Positions 12,190 through 24,319 of a stretch of DNA of 64,000 nucleotides are shown here, piece after piece. The position numbers and the translations under genes were made by a program. The notes under the pieces were generated by a model that did no database searches, was not told the DNA's origin, and saw only the letters and a list, made by a program, of their open reading frames with translations. How positions within the stretch are numbered: the stretch's first letter is position 1; every line of letters starts with the position of its first letter. This stretch comes from Mobula hypostoma (lineage: Eukaryota), in the NCBI RefSeq assembly GCF_963921235.1, contig NC_086097.1, positions 186,126,001-186,190,000 of the forward strand. The letters are read 5' to 3'.

Positions 12190-12360
12190 GAACCACAGAA
12201 AATTACAGCACAGAAACAGGCCCTTCAGCCCATCTAGCCCATTCCAAACCATTTAACCTGCCTACTCCCATTGACCTGCATCGGTACTACAGCCCTCCAT
12301 ATCCCTACCTTCCATGTACCTATCCAAGCTTCTCCTAACCATTGAAATCGAGCTCACATG
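12190..12360 (-). mobile_element. CR1-type 3' UTR fragment next to a (TATT)n microsatellite
   Basis: acagcacagaaacaggcccttcagccc...agccctccatatcccta resembles other CR1 3' ends. (TTTA)n lies at about 12156-12189. Confidence 0.6.
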
Positions 12361-12364
12361 CACA

Positions 12365-12603
12365 GATATGGAGTGAAACAGGCCTACCTGGCCCCTTGAA
12401 CCACGCTACCTAGCAACCCACTGATTTTACCCTAGCCTAATCACAGAACAATAGGCAAATTTCACAGAAGAGCAGGGAGCACCCGGAGGAAACCTATGCC
12501 TACATGGCAAGGAACGTGCAAACTTGAAGGCGTCAGAACTGAACTGCAAACTCTGACGCCCTGAGTTGCAATAGTGTCACACTATTCGCTATGCTACCTT
12601 GGC
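12365..12603 (-). mobile_element. tRNA-derived V-domain SINE (HE1-like)
   Basis: Minus strand has a tRNA-like head (ggtagcatagcgaatag...) and the V-domain motif GGTTTCCTCCGGGTGCTCC. Confidence 0.65.
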
Positions 12604-14039
12604 ACCTCTCTATACATTCATCTACTTCTACCTTCAGGCAGGTTGTCTGGGATTAACAACCTACACACGTCTTCCTCATTAGCATTATCTGCATATACGA
12701 CATTCACCTTTTTTGGTCTGCTTCCTTTATTTTCTCACCTGTTTCCCTTCTTAAACTGTGCTGATTTCCAAATCTTCTCAGTTCTGATGAAAAGTAATTG
12801 GGCTTAAATTGTTGACATTGTTTCTCCCTGCATTGATACTGATTAAACTTTTGATGGTTTCCAGCATTTCCTTTCTTCATTATCTTGGTTGCAACTAGAA
12901 CTAGCCTTCCGTGAAATTCGTCCCCAGAACATAGGCTTAGGCAATAAACAGGGCAATCAGCATTAACTAGATAGTATAATCATGGAAACAAGGAGGATAA
13001 GTTTTGTGTAAATGCTGTATCTTATCAAATGCATCAAGATCCAACACTGCATTCTGACACTTTCCAATTTAGCTGCTGGTCTTCGAGACACTTCTGTAAA
13101 AGAAGTCTTCTTGTGTCTTTTCACAGAACAGCAGGGAGCTCTTCCATATTTCCCACAAAACAGTACCAATAACCAAAATGCCATTTCATCCTTGGAAGAT
13201 TTCAATGGGATCAAAAAGTTATTATTGTATTTACCTATGTAACAAAAGTCATTGTAGTGATTCAACTTCTAGGCATATTCCTGGGTCTTCAGATTCTTAA
13301 CTGTTTGATCTATCGCCTGATTTGTTGCTAATGAAGTCTACCCTTTAGGAATTCCAAGCTAAAATTATTTGAATAGTGCTGTGTGAAATTGGTCAAGTAT
13401 ACCTCCTGCCCTTCTCTTCAGCCATGTATAAAAAACTACCTCAGAGGCCAAAGGCTCAAGGGAGAGTGAAAATGGAAGGAATGCTTTGATGCGATTTAAA
13501 GAGGACTCATAGTTAAAGATGTAAGTCCTCATTTCTGAAGTGGGCACGAGAGAAACAAATGGGAAACGGTGGAGATCAGAAACAAAGGAGGCAATTGTGC
13601 TGTTGTGCATAATGGATGATAAAGGGTCACCGACCTCCTCTTAATCAGACCTCATTTTTCTTTCTTTCCACTGAAGTAAACCTTTTTTTTATCAACATGG
13701 TCTAGTTTTATTATCATGACTAAAATTATTTCGGAAGATTTTAAATTCTGAGGGTACTTCATAGCCTCCCACTATCTTGTGAAGTAGCATTCACCTCTTA
13801 CTGGAACATTTTGTGAGTTTTATTTAAAAAATACCGCAGATAATGAACAGCTTAATTCTGTAGTTTAGCTCAGTACTTATGCACTCTTCCTTCCTTACTT
13901 CTGGTGCTTCGTGTTTTTCTCTTTTAAAATTTTTTTTTAACCATCACAATATACTGCTGCATATTAAGAACTTCAAGTGCTGCTGGTCTACCCCACTAGT
14001 GAGTTGCGAGTTAGTGGAGGAGCTGGAGGAGCTGGACTT

Positions 14040-14390
14040 GGTGTGGACCATGCTGCTTGACATCGGAGTCGGTGCATGAACATGGTGAACAGTCTAACAG
14101 CGAGTGATTGTCTTAGTCATTTTCCTTGCGATCGCAAGACCCTGTTAGACATTGGTAATGTAGAATACTAGTTTATTGAGAAGTCTGATAGTGGGGGAGC
14201 TGTGCGGCCTTATTAGTAGTGAAGAGTAGACATTTTTTGTATGACTGTATGATTACTGTTGTCCTATATGCACTATATTTCCATTGTGTTCTGTTGGTAC
14301 TGTGTTTTGTACCTTGGCTCTGGAGGAATGCTATTTCATTTGGCTGTATTCATGTATGGTTGAATGACACTTAAACTTGATCTTGAACTT
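14040..14390 (+). mobile_element. Non-coding retroposon with (CTTGAA)n tail; second copy at 39405-39913
   Basis: Shared 3' end tgtgttttg(t/c)accttgg...ctatttcatttggctg...ttaaac(t/c)tga and the same tail. Confidence 0.6.
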
Positions 14391-16523
14391 TCTGAGTCAG
14401 CTCCTTTTAATTTCAATGCCCATTCATGTGCCACTGGATTTTCGATTTCCTCACTTGCAAACCCCAGTCAGTTCGGATCAGTAACAACATCTCCTCCATG
14501 ATCTCAATCAGCACAGATGCACCACAAGGCTGTGTACTTAGCCCCGCTCTACTCATTTTACACTTATGGCTGTGTGGCTAAGCACAGCTCCAATGCCATA
14601 TTCACGTTTGATGATGACATCACCATCACAGGCTGAATCAAGGGTGGTGACGAATCAGCACATAGGAGGGAGCTTTAATATTTGGATGAGTGGTCTCATA
14701 AGAACAGCCTCTTACTCATTGTCAACAAGACCAAGGACCTGGCTAATGACTTTAAGAGGAGAAAAACAGAGATCAGTGTGCTAGACCACATCAGTGGATC
14801 AGAGTAGAGAGGGTTAGCAACTTTAAATTCCTTGGTGTTATAATTTTCGAGGACCCGTCCTGTGCCCAGCATGTTAGGGCAATGACAAAGAAAGGACGTG
14901 TCGTGCCTCTTCTTAGGAGTTTGCAAAGGTTCAGCATGATTTCCAAAACTTTGACAAACTTCTATAGATGTGTAGTGGAGAGTGTATTGACTGGCTGCAT
15001 CACAGTCTGCTATGGAAATACCAGTGCCCTTGAATGGGAAATCCTATAAAAGTAGTTAATATGGCCCAGTCCATCATGGGTATAGCCCTCTCCACAAGAG
15101 AGCACATCTATGCAGAGTGTTGACGCAGGAAAGCTGCATCCATCATCAGGGAACCCGGCCACCATACTCTCTTTTCTTTTTTTTTTAATTTTATTTTTAT
15201 TTGGATAAGGAATTCACAAGTATCATGTACTTTTTTCACATGTATAACCTTTTCATTTTTTGTATGTATAAAACTATAATTATTTATACAGTCTTAAGTA
15301 CACATTGAGATGATATAAAAAGAAATTAGACACTTAAATAGATTATGTACAGTAGAAATTCTAATCTATTAGGCTAAGTAATGGTATTAATTATTAAGAA
15401 AAGTAGTAATAATAGTGGATTAGTAATAGTTTCCATACATCTCTTCTGGATCACTTCTTCTGGTCCAAAATGTGTGTAAGCCTATGTAACAACCATTATA
15501 GGTATTTATATCCTCACTTGTTCATGCTTGCTTCTGCCCCCAAACATAATTATCCGATCCCTATGTACTTATTTACTTAATTTTTATCATTTTTTATCCC
15601 TTACCCAAATCTTTTCCTTTACTTGTATTAATTCTCTATTTTCCAAACAAAAAAAAACAAAAACAGTAAACATTTAGACTAGGGGTGCTTACGTTAGCAA
15701 TATTACTGTGTTGATGAGAAGAGCAGTATAAATCATTAGGAGATTCATCTAAAGTCTGCTCGCATTGGGGTTATATATTCAATCCATTTATTCCAGATTT
15801 GATAAAAGTTTTCTTTTTGAATTCTCAGGAGTAAGTCAACATTTCCATTTTAAATATCTCCAAGATAATTTCGTGCCAATCTTCTAATGTAGGTGGTATT
15901 GGATTTAGCCACTTTCTAGTGATTGATTTCTTACTTGCCGCTAAAAGGGCCTGCAGCAACTTTATGTCTTCCTTCTGTTCAAGAAACAATACATGCCCCA
16001 AATAGAGCGTCTCAAAGTTCAGAGGTAACTGGGTCCTAAGTACCTTAACTAATGTTCTATGAATACCTTCCCGATATAGACTTAATTTAGGACAATCCCA
16101 GAAAATATGGAAATGATTTGCCTCCTTGGAGCCGCACCTTCTCCAACATGTCATGTTTGTATCTTTATATTTTTCCTGATATGGGGTCTTAAAGTATCTT
16201 ATAATATTTTTCCAACGATGTTCTCTCCAAGTCAAAGATTTAGTCGAAGACCACTGAAAGCTGCATATTTTCCCCCAAGCCTCCTCTGAAAGTACCAACC
16301 CCGCTTCTTTCTCCCACTTCTCTTTAATATACAATGTGTTTACATTTTTAGCATGGGAGAGTGCATTATATAATCAAGAAACTGATTTACTAGGTAATGA
16401 ACCGCAAGCCGAATTAAGAATCTTGAAAAATTCTAATTCTACTGTTGATAGGTCTGTATATCTACAACGCTGGTTAACATAATTTCGTACTTGAAGGTAC
16501 CTAAAAAAGTCATTGTGTTCTAG

Positions 16524-16637
16524 CGCAAACAACAGGACCCTTCCTGATGAAGGGTCTCGGCCTGAAACGTCGACTGCACCTCTTCCTAGAGATGCTGCCT
16601 GGCCTGCTGCGTTCACCAGCAACTTTTATGTGTGTTG
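16524..16637 (+). mobile_element. 114-bp Penelope terminal-repeat insertion inside L1 ORF2
   Basis: 13-bp TSD CATTGTGTTCTAG (16511-16523, 16638-16650). Body nearly identical to the reverse complement of 34298-34392. Confidence 0.93.
16542..16575 (+). ncRNA. Minimal hammerhead ribozyme core (stem I truncated)
   Basis: CTGATGA-AGG(gtctcgg)CCT-GAAAC-GTC-GACT. The upstream AGTC arm of stem I is reduced to TC. Confidence 0.6.
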
Positions 16638-19600
16638 CATTGTGTTCTAGGCCATGTTTGTCCTGCAAGATTTGGAAACTTTGTAATACTCTTTTATGTA
16701 TAAATGAGAGGTAGGTTGTAAGACCTTTCTTTATCCATAATTCAAATCTTTTATCTCCCCTGCTGGGAAGGAATTCGGTATCATATGCACACCATCTGAA
16801 GAGTTTTAGCATGTTATTAATTCCACATGAATTAACCACCTTCTGCCATACTTTTAATGTAAGATTTATCCAACTGTTTTTAAATTTTTCCAATTGGGCA
16901 ATCAATCCTTTGTCAGCTATTGAGGCCTGTAGAGGAAAACTGTCAACCAATCCAAATTCTATTTCCTTCCATCTAGCCTTATATTCCCTATTACACAAAT
17001 ATAACAGAGGGGTTATCTGTGAGGCGTAAAAATAATTTCTCAGTCAAGGAAGAACAATACCTCCTCCTTCCTTCGCTAACTGTAAGGTGTTATATCGAAT
17101 TCTAGGTTTCTTCCCTTGCCAAATGAAGCGGGAAATCCATTTGTCCCATTCCCTGAATTGATTATCATCCACCTCCACAGGTAAAATACGGAAAAGATAC
17201 AGTAACCGAGGAAGAATATTCATTTTTATAGTATTTATCCTTGAATTTAAACTTAAAAAGGGGATAAGATTCCATCTACGCATATCTGCTTTTATCTCTG
17301 AGATTAATGGCCCATAATTTACCTGTGACAGCGTTGAAAGATCCTTCGGCAGGGTTATTCCTAAATATTTTAATGATTTAGCTTCCCACTTAAGATCATA
17401 TGTATCCTGCAATTTTTTGGATGGTGTATAATTTAGGGACATAACTTGCGTTTTCTTTACATTTATTTTATAACCTGATATTTTCCCAAAGTCATCCAAC
17501 AATGTAAACAATCCTATAAATGATTTTTCTGGTTCACTCAGATGGACTAAAACATCATCTGCGAATAACGCCACTTTCTGTTCAATCCCTGCCACCTTGA
17601 TACCTTTTACGATTTCGCTCTGTCTTATTAGTTGGGCAAGCAGTTCAATATATAGCGCAAAAAGGAGAGGAGAAATTGGGCATCCCTGTCTAGTGCCTCT
17701 CTCTAAAATAAAGGAGTCAGAGAGGTCCCCATTTATCTTAATTCGGGCTGTTGGGCTGTCATACAGAGTCTGAGTTACTTTAATAAACTTTTCTTGAAAG
17801 CCGAATCTTCCTAACACTCTGTATAGGAATGCCCAACTAACCGAATCAAAAGCATTCTCAGCGTCTAATCCTACTACCATTGTCTCTGTCTCATTCTTAT
17901 TAACCTGTTCTAATATGTGTAGAGTTCTCCTTATGTTGTCCTATGTTTGTCTTTGTTGAATAAATCCAGTCTGGTCTAAATGGATTAGGCCAGGTAAGGG
18001 CTTTTCCAATCTGCGCGCTAATATAGATGTAAATAGTTTGTAATCTAAATTAAGAACACTAATTGGCCGATATTTGCCACATTCTAGTTTATCTTTACCC
18101 TCTTTAGGAATAATTGAAATAATCGCTTCTCTCCAGGAAGGTGGAGTTTCTCTTCTCTGCAAGATCCAGTTAAAGGTGTTAAGTAGTAATGGGGCTAACT
18201 GTGACTTCAGGGATTTGTACCACTCTGAGGTAAACCCATCTGAACCAGGGAACTTTCCAGCCTTTAACCCAGAGATGGCCACATTCAGTTCTTTGGCAGT
18301 TACTGGTTCTAATAGACTTCCATTTTGTAAATCTGTAAGTTTAAGTAGATCTAAAGAATTCAATGAACTGTCTATATAGGGCTCATTGGAGGCCCGGGGT
18401 TGGGAGTACAGCTCTCGATAATATGTTTCAAAACTCTCTTGAATTTTCCTTATTGTACTCTCCACAAGCTTTGTCTTTGAATTCTTTATTTTATGAATTG
18501 TATTGTCTGCTTGTTGTTTTCGTAATTTATATGCTAGTAATCTAGCTGATTTACCTCCTACTTCATAATTCTTTGGTCTCAAGTAAAGAAAATTTCTTTG
18601 AGTTTCCAACGTATAAATATCGTCAATTTCACTTTGCAATTTCCTACTTTCCTGTTTTAAATTTGAATTACTTTTGTTGCTATCTACAACTTGAAGTTGT
18701 TTTAATTTTCCTTGATGGTCTGATAATTTTTGTGCATTGATTTTTTTCATGTGAGTGGTAATGGAAATAATTTTCCCTCTCAGTACAGCTTTCAATGTAT
18801 CCCATAAGATCACTGGTGATGTTTCTCCTGTGTCATTAAGGTCTAGGTATGCTTTGATTTCTCCCCTTAATCTCTCCATTACTTTTGGGTTATTGAGTAT
18901 ATGTGAATTTAACCTCCATAGTGTTTTCCTCATTTTCCTTTCCAGGATTAGAGACATAGAGACTGGGCTATGATCGGACAGATCAATTGTTGCAATATTA
19001 CAGTTTTTTATCCTGAGTCTATCTGTATTAAAGATAAAGAAATAGTCTATCCTTGAATAGGCTGAATGAGGAAAAGAGTAATGTGTATAATCTTTACTAG
19101 TGGGGTGTAATTCCCTCCACACATCTATAATTCCCAACTCCTCCATCAGTAAATTCATTTTCCGAGTCAGAGGTTTATTCTGAGTAACTACTCTTGAAGA
19201 ATCTAATATAGGATTTAATCTAATATTAAAATCCCCTCCACAAATTACTACCCCTTGAGAACTGACCATTAGGTCAAAAATGTGTCTATAAAATGACCAT
19301 TCACAACCTGGAGGAGCATAAACATTCAGCAGTGTTATTTCTGTACCTTCTATTCTTCCTGTAATTTTTACAAATCTTCTATCTTTGTCTTTAGTCTCTG
19401 AAATATGTTCATAATTAAGAGTACTTGATATTAAAGTAGCTACCCCTCTTTTGTGGCTCAATTTATATGATGAATAAAATACATGCTTAAAGCCATTCTT
19501 TTTAATTTTCCATGTTCAGATTGGCTCATATGTGTTTCCTGGAGGAAAGCTATTTGTGCCCTCTCTTTTTTCAATTTAGACATAATCTTATTTCTTTTAA

Positions 19601-20020
19601 TTGGATTCAAAACCCCAGTAACACTATAGGAAATTATCTTTACCAATTCAGTTTGCATTTTTCTCTAGTAGAAAAAAAACACTCTTCTTTTCTAACCAAA
19701 CAGTAAGCAATCCCTTCTCAACAGTAAACCAAAACATATAACCACACCCTAGACATTTTTGAACATATAACATTTGAAAATTTTTCCCGACTTCCCACAG
19801 TGAGGCCTGAGCACCGACCCACCTCAGTTCAGAGGGATAACCTCTATCTTCACCCTGTGTTAGAGGGCCCACAGCAGTTTGAATAATCATAGAGAATTTT
19901 CTCCTATTTATGTCTCGACCAAATTGCTATCATTCAAGTTATTCCGTCTAGTTTATTTTCAGATACCAGCTTTCATTTTACTTTTAAGTCCGAATTGCTC
20001 TTTTCAGTCATTTCTCTTAA

Positions 20021-21002
20021 TTAGTCTGTATTCTCTGTACATTCGCGTCTGAATATTTGCAGCTTTTCCTTGTAGTTTGACACTCTGGTTCGTGTGGAGC
20101 GTCTTCGCCCCACTAACTGCCACGACTTCTGCCGAATCCTCTCCAGTAGTGACTCCGGTTGGGTGATAACTTTAATAGGTAGTCCCCGGTCCGCCAGGTC
20201 CAACGTTGCCTCCTCCACCGTAGCGTAAGTTTTTGTCCCTTCGCCGTAAAAGACCTTCAGCCGAGCTGGATACAGGGTCTGAAATCTGATGTTGTTTTCC
20301 TTCAGGACTCTCCGTGTTTCCGCATATTCCTTTCATCTGGCAAGAATCCCCGGTGCGTAATCGTGGTCTAAACTGATTTTACAGTTGCTCCACATGAAAC
20401 CTTTCTTTTGCCATGCCCGTTTAAGCACCTCTTCCTTCGTTCTGTAACTGAGAAATCTGACCAGAATTGATCTGGGCTGGAAGCCTGACGGAGGCTGTGG
20501 TGCCAACGCGCGGTGAGCCTATCTGTAGGTCTTTTGCGGCCGGTTTATCAAGGTGCTCTCTAAGCAGTTTCTCCACAAAGGGAATCATCAATCTGGGTTT
20601 ACCTTCGGTTCCTTCAGGAACTCCGTAAATCCTCACATTTTCCCTTCTTGAGCGGCCTTCTTGATCTATTAGTTTCCACTGGAGCTGGTCTTGCAGCTTT
20701 AGCATTTCTGCTATCACTTCCTCGGCGTTTTGTAGCTTCTCTTCAATTCCAACAATCCTCGCTTCGGCTTCATCTATCCGCGAGTTAGTTTTTACTATTT
20801 CTCCTTTAATATCCTCCAGCTGTTTGTTGTTATCTTGTCGGAACTTGCGAATCTCTCTGAGAATCAAAGACAGAGTCACCAATTCCCCCTCATTATCTCC
20901 GTCCTGGCTTGCTGTGGGGGAGCTAGGCCCGTCGCCTTGCTGCATCTCTTTATGTTTATCAGCCTTCGGAGCGGACTTTTTAATTTTGTTCTTAGACATC
21001 AT
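20021..21002 (-). pseudogene. L1 ORF1 (coiled coil, RRM, CTD), frameshifted
   Basis: Heptads RIDEAEARIVGIEEKLQNAEE and EGRSRRENVRIYGVPEGTEG. Frameshift near 20520. Confidence 0.92.
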
Positions 21003-23354
21003 CCTTGCCCCTTTTATTAATATAGTTATACAATATTAAGTATTCGTCTAAATTCGATTTTGGGGCAGTTTACCTTCTTTTTGGCCGAGAGACCTTTTCC
21101 TTACGCCGCCATTCCCTTGATGACCCGGAAGTCGACTCCCATACTCTCTTTTCATTGCGAAGGTACGGGAGGGTCAGGACTCACACCAACAGATTTGGGA
21201 ACGGTTATTACCCCCAACTATCAGGATCTTGAACCAGAGGGGTTAACTTCACTCAACTTCACTCACCCCAACACTGAACTGTTTCCACAACCTATTGACT
21301 CACTTTCAAGGTCTCTTCATCTCATGTTCTTGATACTTATTGCTTATTTATTTATTATTATTATTTCTTTCTGTTTATATTTGCACAGTTTGTTGTCTTT
21401 TGCACATTGGTCAAATGCACAGAGTGCTGCAGTCTTTCATTGATTCTATTATGGTTATTATTCTAATATGGATTTATTGAGTATGCAAACAAGAAAATGA
21501 ATCTGAAGGTTGCATGTGATGACATATATGTACTTCGATAATAAATTTACTTTGAACTTTGAAATCTGAGCCCATACTGTAAGGAAATGCACACCATCAC
21601 AAGCTCTAAGTAGACAATGCCAGAGGTCAGTCTCGAACCAGGGCTGCTGGAGCTGGGAGATGCTGCACTATCTGCAGCATCACTGCACTGCAAGTTTCAA
21701 CTGATCAATTGCCACTGAACTGGCAATTTCATCCAGTGATAACATAAGGATGTCTCTGGTGAGAGAAGAGTAAATGTTAGGCACAAAGCAGAGTGGTTTT
21801 ATTTTTCACCTTTGACAGTGAAGCTACTGGATTGGCTTGCTCAAGTCTGCAGTGAAGGGAAAGTTAAGCGAGTTGCTTAACGAGCAGGTCCTGACTATGA
21901 TGATGACCCGTGGGTGATGACACTCAGTGATTCAGCGCCCACAACAATTTGTGACAGAGCATTATAGACATTTACAATATTCTGAGTGGACTCACATTGT
22001 TGTCTTAAATTGGGCTCTTCTTCAGCCTAAAGGTCAGCCTCTCGGCATCTGCCGACTAAATCGTTTTCAGAATTCTGTATACTTTCATGTTCTAAATTCA
22101 AGTATCAGCAAATATTACTTAAACTTTCCTCACAGGGAGAAAAAAACTTCTCAAGAATCTGTCCTATGAAACTAATCTGCTCTAATTTGAAATAAACTGT
22201 ACCCTTTATTAAGAACAGGAGCCAAAACTATACACTGTATTCCAGTCATGGAATTAATTACTATAGTCTCTACAGTTGCAGCTAAATATCCTCACTCTTG
22301 GATTCTTTTGCCATTATACCCATTAAACAATGCCATGGCATTTAGAACAACAGTGAAAATTTATTAATGGACTTGCCTATTAACCTCTTTTCACAGGTGA
22401 GATTAACACAATTGCAAAGAAATGTTATTTTATTTTAGTGCGTTAAGCATGCACGTTAATGAGTATGTAACTGAGCATGACTTTTACTGTAAATGAATAA
22501 GATTGAGCCTTGAAGTATCTTCCTCACCGCTGATAGATACAAAGTCACAGATAACAGCTTACAGTATCAGCATAGCAGCAAACTCCTTCCCTGTATTCAC
22601 TCTACTTCTCCTTCACCAGCACTCTAGCAGTCCTTTACAACCTCTACCTCATTGCAGGAGTGCAGGCCTGTCTGTTGTGTCAATGTCCAATAAACATCAC
22701 TCATTTTCAATGGTGTCAATTCTAGAAATGAATTAGTTCAGATCCTCCTGAATATGCTAAACAAAACATGAGAAAAGCAGTAAATATGTACAATAGGATT
22801 AAAGAAGGAGCCAAATTGTTGTAACCGCATCCAGTGATCTGTATTGTTTCAAAATACCTGCATGAATGTACACTGAAAGAGGTTCATATAACCTGTTACA
22901 TGCTCCTCAGTTTCTGGACCCATCTCTTAAAATAGCATTGTCATTGAGAACACAGCTTTTGTTATGCAGAACATCTGAACATAAAGAAATAAAAGGTCCT
23001 CTAATCTGTTAGATTCGAAGAACACCAGCAGCTGAAGTACAGATTTAAACTGTCGTTCTTGAGTTGTGGAGTTCCTGGAAAATGTGCTTCAATCATCTGA
23101 TTTACTATCTGCCTGCTACAAAAGGAACAACTTTGTGTGATAGCTGGCCTTGTTACCATTATGCTCATTTGTGCTTTGTTGTTATGGCAACCAATACACC
23201 AAAACAACACTTCCAAATAAATAACTGCTACCTTGTCTCAGGGTTGAGCTGAGGAAGAATAGTCTTCTGACTGGTTGTCAGCGTCCTTGGGAAATCAGCC
23301 ATGTTAACATCAAAGAACCCTATATCCTTTACCTGACAAAGGGATGCAATATAT

Positions 23355-23760
23355 CATAGTCATAGGCATACTTTATTGATCCCGGGGGAAATTGGTTTTC
23401 GTTACAGTTGCACCATAAATAATAAATAGTAATAGAACCATAAATAGTTAAATAGTAATATGTAAATTATGCCAGTAAATTATGAAATAAGTCCAGGTCC
23501 AGGCTATTGGCTCAGGGTGTCTGACCCTCCAAGGGAGGAGTTGTAAAGTTTGATGGCCACAGGCAGGAATGACTTCCTATGATGCTCCATGTTGCATCTC
23601 GGAGGAATGAGTCTCTGGCTGAATGTACTCCTGTGCCCACCCAATATATTATGTAGTGGATGGGAGACATTGACCAAGATGGCATGCAATTTAGACAGCA
23701 TCCTCTTTTCAGACACCACTGTCAGAGAGTCCAGTTCCATCCCCACAACATCACTGGCCT
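23355..23760 (-). mobile_element. Rex1-like LINE 3' end
   Basis: SHPLHNILGGHRSTFSQRLIPPRCNMEHHRKSFLPVAIKLYN, followed by AATAAA and a short (CTATGA) tail. Confidence 0.8.
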
Positions 23761-24319
23761 ATAAAAGTATGAATATTGTTGTTGTGATTGATTAGTAACT
23801 GGTGCAAAATTTTAACTCTGCAGATAAATGACTAACAAAGGACAAAACAATGTTCCTGCAAAGTTCATCTATTTAGCCATTGTAAGCACTTATCCATGAG
23901 AATAAAGTGCACTTGACAGTTAATGATTTCAGAGGCACCCCTACTCAATCAGATGCAGTTTTAGAAATAGTATATGTAACTGCATTCATTGCTAGCAGTT
24001 TTATGAAAAGAACAATCTAATATATTTTAAAAATATTGCTAAATTTTACAGTCCTCTTCCAAGTACAGAGACTTTGAAAACTTTGGACTGATCTAGTAAA
24101 GGGTCACAAACTTGACCCTTTGTGACTTTGAAATTGGAATGGAATGGGTATGACTCATGTCTGGTTGTGTTACAGGCTTCTGGAGTCCAGACCTTTCGAT
24201 AAATTATGGAGGTCAGCATCCAAAATCCTGGATTTGAAACCTATGATACCTTTCATCCTGTGGCCTTCCAGAAGGTAGTCCGATTAGTGAGAGATGTCTA
24301 TGCTTGATGGATACCTATG

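Larger units (their letters stand above)
15825..19658 (-). pseudogene. L1 ORF2 (AP endonuclease, RT, CCHC), disrupted
   Basis: FLQETH, GGDFN, YSRIDYF, LSDHSPV, YRPISVLNLDYK, GTRQGCPISPLLF, LFADDVL, CWRRCGSKEANHFHIFWDC. Broken by a frameshift near 19460, a stop at 17941 and the PLE insertion. Confidence 0.95.
15177..21138 (-). mobile_element. Full-length L1-clade LINE (about 5.96 kb including a nested insert)
   Basis: 15-bp TSD CCATACTCTCTTTTC (15162-15176, 21139-21153), poly(A) at 15177-15186, 5' end GAGTCGACTTCCGG, ORF1 and ORF2 present. Confidence 0.97.
14420..21562 (+). mobile_element. Rex1/Babar-like LINE, split by L1 at 15177-21138
   Basis: [13 protein letters not shown] RT motif at about 14519. 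The HTLFS motif is duplicated as the L1 TSD. The 3' part 21154-21562 ends in (TTTGAAC)n. Confidence 0.85.

Noticed and set aside
13421..13519. Plus-strand exon (ttctcttcag...GAT/gtaagt)
   Set aside because: Good splice-like signals but stops in all three frames. A non-coding exon cannot be excluded or supported.
24176..24274. Exon candidate reading LLESRPFDKLWRSASKILDLKPMIPFILWPSR
   Set aside because: Weak donor and no recognisable homology.
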